A DNA stretch of 33,831 bases from Armatimonadota bacterium (GTDB lineage: Bacteria > Armatimonadota > UBA5829 > DTLH01): NCBI GenBank assembly GCA_038207085.1, contig JBBRAE010000030.1:1-33831 (forward strand). Reading direction: 5' to 3'. This document shows positions 1 through 8,242 of the stretch, piece after piece; position 1 is the first letter of the stretch, and each line of letters starts with the position of its first letter. Made by a program: the position numbers and the translations under genes. The notes below the pieces were generated by a model. That model was given only the letters and a program-made list of their open reading frames with translations. It made no database searches and was not told where the DNA came from.

Positions 1-125
1 ACTGAGCCCTTTATTGACAAACGATCCGGCAGATTGTATACTGCTGCCATGCCAAAAGTAGTGAGGTCGGTAGTTGAAGAGGCCGACCGCGAAAGGCTTA
101 ACAAAGGGCTCAGTCCCCTTATTTT
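1..125 (+). mobile_element. Miniature RAYT-derived/REP-bounded element, copy A (left hairpin arm cut by window edge)
   Basis: 120/125 nt identical to 1063-1187 (mismatches at 53, 56, 62, 64, 66). Begins at loop ACTGAG and ends with the inverted hairpin AAAGGG-CTCAGT-CCCCTTATT. Encodes MPKVVRSVV from ATG 49 and RGRPRKA* at 78-101 in another frame. Confidence 0.75.
14..42 (+). promoter_or_regulatory. Sigma70 promoter inside element A; leaderless geometry to ATG 49
   Basis: TTGACA (14-19), 17 nt spacer, TATACT (37-42), then 6 nt to ATG. Confidence 0.8.
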
Positions 126-469
126 GGTGCGACGAGCAGTCGGGCCAGTATGGACCCTGGACCAAAGATGGACCAAGAGAGGGATATGACAAGTTTGATC
201 CTATGATAGGAATGGGCGCGGACAGTGTCTGTAGCAATTTTGACAGACAGTATATGGATGATCCCGCCAGGAAGAAGGCTTACGGTACCAATTGTCGAGC
301 GTTGAGCGACAGCCTGAGTGATTGCATCAAGAGACGGATCAAGAAGGATTCTGGTAAGAAAGCTTTTGGTAAGTATAATCTCTGCACGAACAACTGTCAG
401 GAATACGCAGATGATATCATCCAAGACTGCAAACGGGAGGCAAAGCGTGGGCAGAAGTCTAAGCGATAG
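122..469 (+). pseudogene. 5'-truncated C-terminal fragment of a polymorphic (Rhs-like) toxin, probably a papain-fold/PPPDE-like domain
   Basis: YNLCTNNCQEYAD resembles the Y-x-L-x-x-N-N-C catalytic-Cys motif of permuted papain-like domains. The frame runs into element A with no native start. It overlaps the downstream small membrane gene. Confidence 0.55.
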
Positions 470-827
470 ATCGGTGAGATTCCTGTTAATCTGGCGATAT
501 GTATGTGGTGTTACGCTTGGGATCTTGTCAGTCTTGTTCTTCGTCGTGAAGGGTGAACTAGGCCCGGAGCCTGGTTGGTATTTGTTGCTGCTAGGAGTAG
601 CGCCCACAATCATCGTTGTCATAGTCAGTAGATTGAGGAACAAGTTTTGCGTACTCTGTGCACTTGTACATGACGCTTCGTTGTTCTGTCTTTTGGCGGT
701 GTTGCTTCTTGCTTTGCCCAATTATCTTGCGTTAGTGGCCCTATCGCCACTGGCCGTGTTCCTGATAGAAGGATTGTTTCTCTGGGTGCTCTTGGGCATT
801 AATGGAACGCAAAGGCAGGCAAGATAG
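447..827 (+). CDS. Small multi-pass (about 4 TM) membrane protein, putative immunity protein
   Basis: GGGAGG (435-440) then GTG 447, in frame with ORF 318..827. Several hydrophobic segments; overlaps the toxin-fragment 3' end. Confidence 0.6.
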   Translation: MGRSLSDRSVRFLLIWRYVCGVTLGILSVLFFVVKGELGPEPGWYLLLLGVAPTIIVVIVSRLRNKFCVLCALVHDASLFCLLAVLLLALPNYLALVALSPLAVFLIEGLFLWVLLGINGTQRQAR

Positions 828-888
828 CCCTGTCGCGAACGCGCAAAGTGATGGAGTGTATGGCGTTGGCAGGGCAACCGAAGTGTGC

Positions 889-1045
889 ATGTCGTTAGTC
901 GTGCTGCTTATCGTCGTGGCTTTGCTGCCTGGCTGTGCGGCTAGGCAGGAGGGGAAGTTTACGGACGCAGTGTATGACGGGGATGTGAGGACGGCGCAGG
1001 AACTACTGAGCCAGCATCCTGGCCTGGTCAAACTTACGGGCGACC
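889..1045 (+). pseudogene. 3'-truncated lipoprotein with the start of an ankyrin-like repeat
   Basis: Hydrophobic signal with lipobox LLPG|C, then FTDAVYDGDVRTAQELLSQHPGLV (ankyrin-like), broken at the hairpin of element B. Confidence 0.5.
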
Positions 1046-1187
1046 CGTTTGTCAATAAAGGGACTGAGCCCTTTATTGACAAACGATCCGGCAGATTGTA
1101 TACTGCTGCCATGCTAAGAGTAGCGCGATCGGTAGTTGAAGAGGCCGACCGCGAAAGGCTTAACAAAGGGCTCAGTCCCCTTATTTT
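1046..1187 (+). mobile_element. Miniature RAYT-derived/REP-bounded element, copy B
   Basis: Perfect 17-bp hairpin CGTTTGTCAATAAAGGG-ACTGAG-CCCTTTATTGACAAACG (1046-1085); promoter TTGACA 1076-1081 / TATACT 1099-1104; ATG 1111 MLRVARSVV; RGRPRKA*; inverted hairpin with loop CTCAGT at 1171-1176. Confidence 0.8.
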
Positions 1188-1314
1188 CCCAATAAATCCC
1201 ATATTGCATCGCCACGTCTCTGTTGTATGCTCGGCAGGTTGTAGTTGCACCTATCAGGGTGAGTGCGACGACACAAATTGGTATGACTAGTCTAGAGATC
1301 GCTCGTAGCATCAT
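1188..1314 (-). pseudogene. 3'-truncated secreted protein, possibly the start of an amidase_6-like domain
   Basis: Signal peptide then YNRDVAMQYGIYW (resembles the YNRxxAvxYaxxW start of putative amidase domains), running into element B; GAGG upstream of the ATG. Confidence 0.45.
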
Positions 1315-1327
1315 TTTAATAACCCTC

Positions 1328-2464
1328 TTACTTGCACTCAGATATCTTCTCGATGAATGATTGAGCCAGACTTATATCCATTTGACCTTCTGGACGCGTC
1401 CATAAAGCTCTCCAATTGGAGCCTCTCTTTTCGGGTGGTACGGGATCAATCACATTGGCGCGACTCAGGTCATAAATGGCCTTGAAGCACTGTGGAGTCT
1501 TTATTATGTAGAACATCAAATGCATCGCGAACGTCCGAGCGCGACATAACTGCCCATCTGGATGATTTGCCCCTTTTTCTTCCTTGTCCGACGCTATGTA
1601 CTGCCTAGATAGCAAATCCACGCATATCCCCTCCGCCTGTGCCATATTGCCGGTATCAGCGGCGTACTCGGCACAAACCTCCAGCAGTTCAGGAGACGAT
1701 GTCGGATCATCCAGTATCCTCTTGACCAGAACTGAATTCTCTTGACATTGTACCGGATTTGCTTCACCGGTATCTTTGTCCGTCTCGAACAACAATGCCT
1801 GCAAAAAACTGGGGCTTGGGAAATCTGAGAGGAATTTCTCGATATCTGATCGGTACTGTTTTCGCGAGATTCCCATCGTGTATAGCACCCATCGCGATGA
1901 CCTCCAGACTGATGTGTCGGGTTGCGAGTGGTCTGCTATGTCCTGCAATAGAGGTATCCACTCTTTGGAAACTTGCTTTGGAAAGTGGGAGAGCTTGCGC
2001 ACAATGTCAGATGAGTCGCAAAGCTTCTCATCATAAAGCTGACGAAAGACTTTGGCAGATACATCTGATGATGGTACAAAAACGGCATTCTCTTCTACGT
2101 CTCCATCGAAGGTAAGTTTCTTACCAGGTCGGTGCAGGCTCGCTGCACGTAACTGCTCAAGTGTCTTGGATGCGTCAAGGTCTTTACTTGCTGATTGATT
2201 CAGCGACGCGACTCGCACATTCCAGCTATGTTGCGCAGATTCCCGGTGCTGCTTTTCAAAGCTGTCTGCGTTTGCCAGGTACTTCGTCAGCAGCACCTGG
2301 TATTCAGATTTTGATGCAGTCGCTCTCGACGAATTGCCTGAAGGCGCGTGTGTCTTATCTTGCCTCTTAGGAATAGCCTTCATAGCGCTGGTAACGTTGA
2401 AGGTTACCAGCAATGCAATAATGCTGAGAGATACAACGGCGATGGTCTTAATACGGTTCATCAT
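1328..2464 (-). CDS. Secreted/N-anchored hypothetical protein, 378 aa, probably helical
   Basis: Long ORF with an N-terminal signal-like hydrophobic segment; ATGA overlap with the upstream ORF stop; GGAGG upstream. Confidence 0.7.
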   Translation of the reverse strand: MMNRIKTIAVVSLSIIALLVTFNVTSAMKAIPKRQDKTHAPSGNSSRATASKSEYQVLLTKYLANADSFEKQHRESAQHSWNVRVASLNQSASKDLDASKTLEQLRAASLHRPGKKLTFDGDVEENAVFVPSSDVSAKVFRQLYDEKLCDSSDIVRKLSHFPKQVSKEWIPLLQDIADHSQPDTSVWRSSRWVLYTMGISRKQYRSDIEKFLSDFPSPSFLQALLFETDKDTGEANPVQCQENSVLVKRILDDPTSSPELLEVCAEYAADTGNMAQAEGICVDLLSRQYIASDKEEKGANHPDGQLCRARTFAMHLMFYIIKTPQCFKAIYDLSRANVIDPVPPEKRGSNWRALWTRPEGQMDISLAQSFIEKISECK

Positions 2465-3192
2465 TCGTAAGTCTCCTCCAGGATAGATACGTTCCCATCC
2501 TTATCTATCTTCAGCTTATAATCAACGGTTTTCTCTATCTCAGAAGTGCTTGGATCAGCGTCGTATGGATTCCCTGCATTGTCCAATACTCCATCATCAG
2601 CCACAGTAACCTTTACGTGGAAGTACTGGTCAGAATCGGTCATGGAATAGAATGTACTATTCAGACCAGAGACGGCTGAACCACGCTCATCATAGTATTG
2701 CTTCTGACTCAGATCCTGCCCCCATACATTGAGCCAATCATCATCTGTAATATCCATCGTAGAGACACCATTGTCAATAGACAGTGAGGCAGCGTTTACC
2801 TCGTCCTCGTCCCAGTACCAGACCTTTACAGTGACTTTGGAAGAGCTAACCGTGGTCGCATCTATGCCAGCGCAATAAAGCGCACGCTCTACCGGACCTT
2901 CAGGAGCCATCGGGTCCTCGTCCTCAACATAATCGCCAGGAACATCCATCTGAGCTTGGTCTATCGCAGCCTTCTCCTCATCAGTTAACACATCCTCAAA
3001 CAACCAGACGAGATCCCAGCACTTTACATCGAACTGCATCTCGTAGGTTTTCGTGTTGCTCGAATTCGGCCCGTACGTGAGCCTGGCAATGTATCTTCCT
3101 GGATCGCAGCTAATCTCCGATCCTGAGTAGGTAAACGTGTGACTGCCTGCACTCAAATCGAGAGAAGTCGATGTATAGATTGCACTACCAGG
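2461..3192 (-). pseudogene. 5'-truncated acidic, beta-rich (Ig-like) extracellular protein fragment
   Basis: The frame stays open upstream of TTG 3156 (…PGSAIYTSTSLDL) into the 3193 hairpin with no ATG/RBS; strongly Asp/Glu-rich. Confidence 0.55.
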
Positions 3193-3241
3193 AATAAAGG
3201 GACTGAGCCCTTTATTGGATAAAGGGGAGGGAGCCCTTTTT
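3193..3241 (+). repeat. REP-like hairpin plus a degenerate tandem copy
   Basis: AATAAAGGG-ACTGAG-CCCTTTATT (3193-3216), identical to the core hairpin of element B, followed by ATAAAGGGGAGGGAGCCCTTTTT. Confidence 0.85.
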
Positions 3242-3515
3242 ACTCCAAAAACAATCCAACATCCGCCGTCACTACAGTGTTCGGCAAGTGACCGTTCTTA
3301 TCCTGCTGACCACGAACCCCACGCTCAAAACGACAAAAACCCCAGGGTTGATGTCCCCGGAGCTTGTATGCTGCGTGATTTTGGGGAAGCGGGGGCTGGG
3401 GATTAGCTTCGGGGAGATTGGCGGGTGTCGAGGGTTTGGGTGGAGCGCACGTTTCGAGAACCTCAACGTGATTGGCTTTAGATTTGTCTGTAGTTTATAG
3501 ATTGGTGGTCGCTCG

Positions 3516-3546
3516 TCCTTCGACGGACACTTCACTGCTCAGGATG
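3516..3546. repeat. Possible second-family REP-like element downstream of uvrB
   Basis: TCCTTCGAC…GCTCAGGATG resembles the widespread CCTTCGAC-x-GCTCAGGATG extragenic repeat; single copy here. Confidence 0.35.
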
Positions 3547-3589
3547 GCGTTGCGGCTTGTCGGCACTGATCCCCTACTCGCTCCACTCA

Positions 3590-5581
3590 CTACCATTTTA
3601 CGTTTGGTAGGAGTTTTTTAATTCTGGAGATTTCGTCGCGAAGTTCGGCGGCGTGTTCGAAGTCTAGCGTCTTGGCTGATTGCTTCATTTCTCGTTCCAG
3701 GTCGGCTAGGGTTAGCATTACCTCATCCAAGGGGACGTTCTTGATGTCTTTCTTGGAGAGGCCGTAGTATTCCTTCTGGTCGGAGATGCGTTTGGACTCG
3801 ATTACGTCGCGGACGGCCTTCTTGATGGACTGAGGGGTGATGCCGTGCTCTGTGTTGTAGGCGACCTGGATCGCTCGGCGGCGGTTGGTCTCGTCGAGAG
3901 CGCGGCGCATGGAGTCGGTGACTCGGTCGGCATACATTAGCACCTTGCCTCGCTCGTTTCGGGCGGCGCGGCCGATGGTCTGGATCAGGGACGTTTCAGA
4001 TCGCAAAAACCCCTCTTTGTCGGCGTCCAGGATCGCCACGAGTGAGACCTCGGGGAGGTCCAGGCCCTCGCGGAGAAGGTTGATGCCGATCACTACGTCA
4101 TATACGCCAAGGCGGAGGTCGCGCAGGATCTCAAGGCGCTCCAAGGTCTTGATGTCCGAGTGCAGATAATGGACCTTTAGCTCAAGGTCCAGCAGATACT
4201 CGGACAGGTCCTCGGCCATGCGCTTGGTGAGGGTCGTCACCAGCACGCGCTCGCCCTGGTTGATGCGCAGGCGAATCTCCTCGATCAGGTCGTCTACCTG
4301 GCCCGCCGTCGGGCGAACCTCTACCTCGGGGTCGATCAGGCCCGTCGGGCGGATCAACTGCTCCACAAACTGTGCGCTCTCGCGGGTCTCGAACGGGCCC
4401 GGCGTCGCCGATACGAAGACGACCTGCCCTACCCGCTCGCGGAACTCGTCGAACATAAGCGGGCGGTTGTCCATCGCGCTCGGCAGGCGGAAGCCATACT
4501 CCACAAGCGTCGACTTGCGGGAACGGTCGCCGTTATACATGCCGTTTAGCTGAGGGATCGTCTGGTGCGACTCGTCGATGATGATCAGGAGGTCCTCAGG
4601 GAAGTAGTCGAGCAGAGTGTGAGGCGGGGTGCCGCGCTCACGGCCGTCGAGGAAACGTGAGTAGTTCTCGATGCCTGAGCAGAAGCCGATCTCACGCATC
4701 ATCTCCATATCGTAACGGGTGCGCTGCTCAAGGCGCTGGGCCTCTAGCAGTTTGCCCTGGCGCTTGAAGTATTCGAGCTGGGTGTCTAGCTCCTCCTCGA
4801 TCTCCAAGAGGGCGCGCTCCATCTTGTCCCAGGGGGTGATGAAGTGGCTCGCGGGGTAGATCGTGGTGCGGTCGGTGCTCTGGAGGACCTCGCCGGTGAC
4901 GGGGTTGATAACAGTGATCTTCTCGACCTCATCGCCGAAGAACTCGACGCGGGTGATGATCTCATCGTCGGCGGGCTGAACCTCGAGGATGTCGCCCTTG
5001 ACCCTGAACGTGCCGCGAGAAAGCGCCATGTCGTTGCGGGAGAACTGCATGTCGACCAGTCGGCGCAGAGTGGAGTCGCGGTCGTAGCTCTTGGCCCGCT
5101 CGAAGGTGAGCATCTGCTCAGAGTAGTTCTCAGGGGAACCCAGGCCGTAGATGGACGAGACGCTCGCGACGATTATTGTGTCACGGCGCTCCAGGACGGA
5201 CTGCGTCGCGGCGTGGCGGAGGCGGTCGATCTCATCGTTGATGGATGAGTCCTTCTCGATGAACGTATCGGTCTGAGGAATGTAGGCCTCGGGCTGGTAG
5301 TAGTCGTAGTATGAGACGAAATAGCCTACGGCGTTGTCAGGGAAGAACTCACGGAACTCACTGGCAAGCTGAGCGGCAAGGGTCTTGTTGTGCGCCATCA
5401 CAAGCGTCGGGCGCTGGACGCGCTCGATCACGTTCGCCATCGTGAAGGTCTTGCCCGAACCCGTAACGCCGATCAGAGTCTGGTACTGCTGACCCTCGTA
5501 GAGGCCCGAAACAATCTTTTCGATCGCCTTCGGCTGGTCGCCGGTCGGTTTGAAATCTGACTTAATTCTGAACTCACTCAT
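3590..5581 (-). CDS. uvrB: Excinuclease ABC subunit B
   Basis: [44 protein letters not shown] and a C-terminal UVR domain. Confidence 0.99.
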   Translation of the reverse strand: MSEFRIKSDFKPTGDQPKAIEKIVSGLYEGQQYQTLIGVTGSGKTFTMANVIERVQRPTLVMAHNKTLAAQLASEFREFFPDNAVGYFVSYYDYYQPEAYIPQTDTFIEKDSSINDEIDRLRHAATQSVLERRDTIIVASVSSIYGLGSPENYSEQMLTFERAKSYDRDSTLRRLVDMQFSRNDMALSRGTFRVKGDILEVQPADDEIITRVEFFGDEVEKITVINPVTGEVLQSTDRTTIYPASHFITPWDKMERALLEIEEELDTQLEYFKRQGKLLEAQRLEQRTRYDMEMMREIGFCSGIENYSRFLDGRERGTPPHTLLDYFPEDLLIIIDESHQTIPQLNGMYNGDRSRKSTLVEYGFRLPSAMDNRPLMFDEFRERVGQVVFVSATPGPFETRESAQFVEQLIRPTGLIDPEVEVRPTAGQVDDLIEEIRLRINQGERVLVTTLTKRMAEDLSEYLLDLELKVHYLHSDIKTLERLEILRDLRLGVYDVVIGINLLREGLDLPEVSLVAILDADKEGFLRSETSLIQTIGRAARNERGKVLMYADRVTDSMRRALDETNRRRAIQVAYNTEHGITPQSIKKAVRDVIESKRISDQKEYYGLSKKDIKNVPLDEVMLTLADLEREMKQSAKTLDFEHAAELRDEISRIKKLLPNVKW

Positions 5582-5590
5582 CGCATGTAC

Positions 5591-5619
5591 ATGATACGGG
5601 ATTTGAGATCAAAAGCCAA
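5591..5619 (-). promoter_or_regulatory. Putative uvrB promoter, near-leaderless
   Basis: Minus strand TTGGCT, 17 nt, TATCAT, then 9 nt to ATG; no SD. Confidence 0.55.
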
Positions 5620-5646
5620 GCGGCAGGGCGCGTCGGGGTGCATCCC

Positions 5647-6929
5647 TTAGTTAAGGTAAGCCCTGGCGTATTGTTTCAAGTCGGCCTCAGGATTGCTGAG
5701 TAGTAATGACCGCAGGTGTAGCATTGCCTCCGCGCCTGACTCTGACCAACACATTCCCGATTGCTTAAGTCTCATGCCTACTACCGTCTTGCAGGTGCTT
5801 TCCACCATTCCACTGCCGATGTGATAGGCGTTGGCGGTGAAGGTGGCATAAAGCATTCTGTGTTTGTTTTCGATAAAGTAGTTGAGATTGAGCCGTCGGA
5901 CCTCCTTTGAATCGTCATCGAGAGGCTTCCAAGAGCGAATTGAACGGATCACCGTTTCCACGCAGTCCGACAGCAGGTCCGTCTGACGAGCTTTCACCCA
6001 TCTCTTGGCCTTCTCGGTTCCCTCGCCAAACCATGCTCTGGCGACGGTGCCAAGATGCTCGCTTGCATGGTAGAAGTCCAATATCTGCACTCCTTTAGGA
6101 TAGTGCTGTGAAAATGAACGCCATATCCAAGCTGCACCATCGCCCAGACAAGCTACGTCACTAGCTTTCTCTACGCCTCGGTTGAAAGCTCGTGCATATA
6201 CAGACTCACCAAATGCTTCCACGCGCTCAAGAGTCGCCATATATTCCGTGCCGGTAACTTCCATTTTGCCGAGGCGCTCTCGGGTCTCGTGGATTATTCC
6301 GGTTTTTGACTCCCGAGTGCCTCCGCCACGCATTGGGACTCCCGTTCCGTCTATTCCTATGTAGAGCCGGCTCGGAGCGAGGCTAGGAACTTCGACTCTG
6401 CCAGAAAGTACCTGTGCTTGCATCTGTGTCCTTTCTTCGCCGACAGACTCCGTTATCATCTCCAGAGTGTTCTTCGATAGATGTAGACCACATAGCGCTG
6501 CGAGTTCCTTCGAGAGCCTCTCAAATGGTACCCACCATATGGCAAGACGCGCCACTCTCGTCCTCACGCCGATGCTGGTGCACAAGCTGACGTGGCGTCT
6601 GTTGTAGTAGTTCTTGAACTTGGCTATACCACCGCAACTGCAGGTTACCTCAACGCCGACATAACCCGTCCCGTGCAGTCCCGAACAACCCTCCTGAATG
6701 TCACGCTTTATCTCAGTGCCGATCTCTTCCGTAAGCTTCTCGATCTCCTCAAGCGTTCCGGGATTATCCGGCAATCTCTCCTTAAGCAGCGTCTCAAAGT
6801 GCCTCGTCAGGCGATTGATCATCTCGTCCTTGTTCTCGGGCTTCTTAGCCCGCTTTATTCGTGAAGCGAATAAAGCTCTCGCTAGCAAAGCATTATTCAC
6901 GCTCCTCGTGAATAATGCAGGCTAGGCAT
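5647..6929 (-). pseudogene. ISKra4-family DDE transposase, interrupted in codon 2 by a MITE
   Basis: Motifs IGIDGTGVP, LGDGAAWIW, ILDFYHASEHL, IGSGMVES…RLKQSGMCW. Removing 6848-6924 restores GAGGAG-ATG MPKKPENKDEM. Confidence 0.85.
6848..6922. mobile_element. 75-bp double-hairpin MITE, copy 1, TA target duplication
   Basis: TA[GCCCGCTTTATTC…GAATAATGCAGGC]TA; hairpins GCTTTATTCG-TGAAG-CGAATAAAGC and GCATTATTCACG-CTCCT-CGTGAATAATGC. Confidence 0.85.
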
Positions 6930-6973
6930 TGTATGTCTCCTCATCAGTTACTATAGATGAGGAGGCATACAAT
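6928..6973 (-). promoter_or_regulatory. RBS-sequestering hairpin of the IS transposase
   Basis: 18-bp stem with one mismatch, ATTGTATGTCTCCTCATC / GATGAGGAGGCATACAAT, covering the SD and part of the ATG; TATAGT in the loop on the minus strand. Confidence 0.7.
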
Positions 6974-7060
6974 CCAGAAATTCATTACAAATTCAGATAC
7001 TATTTCAAAAAAACTACCGCTACCATTACTTTGGGATGCACCCTTCCTACAGCAATGGTA

Positions 7061-7089
7061 TTGATTTTATTGCAAAATGGCTATATACT
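7061..7089 (+). promoter_or_regulatory. Sigma70 promoter for the STAS gene
   Basis: TTGATT, 17 nt, TATACT. Confidence 0.65.
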
Positions 7090-7218
7090 GCCAGCAAAGG
7101 AAATGCCCACTTGGTTATTGATCAGTGGCCTACTGGGCCACTCTTACCGGTTCTTTTGGGACGGATTTGCAATCCGGGCCCCTCAATCGTCTTCGACCAG
7201 GTGCTAGGAGGAAAGATT

Positions 7219-7587
7219 TTGGAGGGTATCCGACTGGAAACGAGCACTCGTGAGGTTCTTGACACCCGTGTGCTCGACGTAACTGGAGAAATCGACGTCT
7301 ACACCGCCCCGCAGTTCAAAGAGGCCGTGAACCAGTTGATTAACGCGGGTCAGATCCACATCGTTATCAATATGGAGAACGTCACATACATGGACTCAAG
7401 CGGGTTTGGAACGCTTTTGTCTGCAACCAAGCGTCTGCGACCGGAGGGTGGAAGCGTAAACTTGGTAGCCTGCAACACGGCTATCGACAGGATGCTTCGT
7501 ATCACCCGGCTGAACACCGTGTTTGGCGCGTTTCAGACTGTAGAGGAAGCGATAACAGAGATGCGGAACGCAAAGAAGACCGAGTAG
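7219..7587 (+). CDS. Anti-sigma factor antagonist (STAS domain, RsbV/SpoIIAA family)
   Basis: GEIDVYTAP and YMDSSGFG with the phospho-Ser; AGGAGG then TTG 7219. Confidence 0.92.
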   Translation: MEGIRLETSTREVLDTRVLDVTGEIDVYTAPQFKEAVNQLINAGQIHIVINMENVTYMDSSGFGTLLSATKRLRPEGGSVNLVACNTAIDRMLRITRLNTVFGAFQTVEEAITEMRNAKKTE

Positions 7588-7612
7588 GCTCGTAGATTAT
7601 GGGGAGGGCCGA

Positions 7613-8236
7613 TCAGTAGTTTCTGATTAGGCCGATGACCTTGCCGATGACGCCTGCGTCTTCCCGCTCAATTACGATTGGTTCGTAAGCGGGGTTAGAG
7701 GACACAAGGATGGCTCGGCCCTCTTCCTGATAAACGCGCTTTATGGTCGCCTCGTCGCCGACAAGCACAGCGGCGAGTTCTCCGTTTGCGGCGCGCTTCT
7801 GGGGTCGCACGATCACTATATCACCGGGCAGAACCCCATCCCCGGTCATGCTATCACCCCGCACCCTGAGCGCAAACAGGTCGGTCGACTTGCCGACCAT
7901 CTCCTCTGGCGCAGGGACATAACCCTCGATATTTTCAATGGCTGGGATTGGAATCCCAGCGGCGATTGTGCCGACAATGGGCACATCAACAGAGCCCTGA
8001 CTTTTAGGAGCAACTACCCCGAGCACGTGAATGCCTCTTGAAGTCCGTTCGCGCTCTATCCACCCTTTTCGCTCCAGGGCGTCGAGATGCACCGTCACCC
8101 CGCGCAGGCTCGATATGCCAAGCGCCGCGCCGATCTCCCTGATCGAAGGCGGAAACCCGCGCTCAGCGGAGAAGTTCACTATGAACTCCAGCACCTCTCG
8201 CTGCCTGGCCGTAAGTTTTCGGTTCACTCCTGTCAT
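7613..8236 (-). CDS. lexA: SOS repressor LexA
   Basis: LTARQREVL…PPSIREI wHTH, IAAG cleavage site, GDSM catalytic Ser, ATIKR catalytic Lys; start placed at 8236 from promoter position. Confidence 0.97.
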   Translation of the reverse strand: MTGVNRKLTARQREVLEFIVNFSAERGFPPSIREIGAALGISSLRGVTVHLDALERKGWIERERTSRGIHVLGVVAPKSQGSVDVPIVGTIAAGIPIPAIENIEGYVPAPEEMVGKSTDLFALRVRGDSMTGDGVLPGDIVIVRPQKRAANGELAAVLVGDEATIKRVYQEEGRAILVSSNPAYEPIVIEREDAGVIGKVIGLIRNY

Positions 8237-8242
8237 AGGCCC

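Larger units (their letters stand above)
5636..7043 (-). mobile_element. ISKra4-family insertion sequence (decayed)
   Basis: Terminal inverted repeats GGGTGCATCCC (5636-5646) / GGGATGCACCC (7033-7043), 19/23 identical when extended; no target duplication visible. Confidence 0.85.

Noticed and set aside
802..1290. 162-aa ORF (and antisense ORFs 741..1250 and 119..721) as real genes
   Set aside because: 802..1290 is a chimaeric read-through of a lipoprotein fragment into element B; the minus-strand ORFs are shadows
1..3241. CRISPR array or integron attC array
   Set aside because: Repeats are 1-2 kb apart and alternate in orientation; there are no cas or intI genes and no RYYYAAC/GTTRRRY ends, and segments do not respect gene boundaries
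3215..3535. Short ORFs between the hairpin and uvrB
   Set aside because: No RBS or recognisable motifs; they overlap repeats and low-complexity G/C runs
6698..7218. ORFs 6698..6925, 6929..7207 and the N-terminal extension of 7036..7587
   Set aside because: They span the IS end, the MITE and a promoter; the STAS start with a strong SD is at 7219
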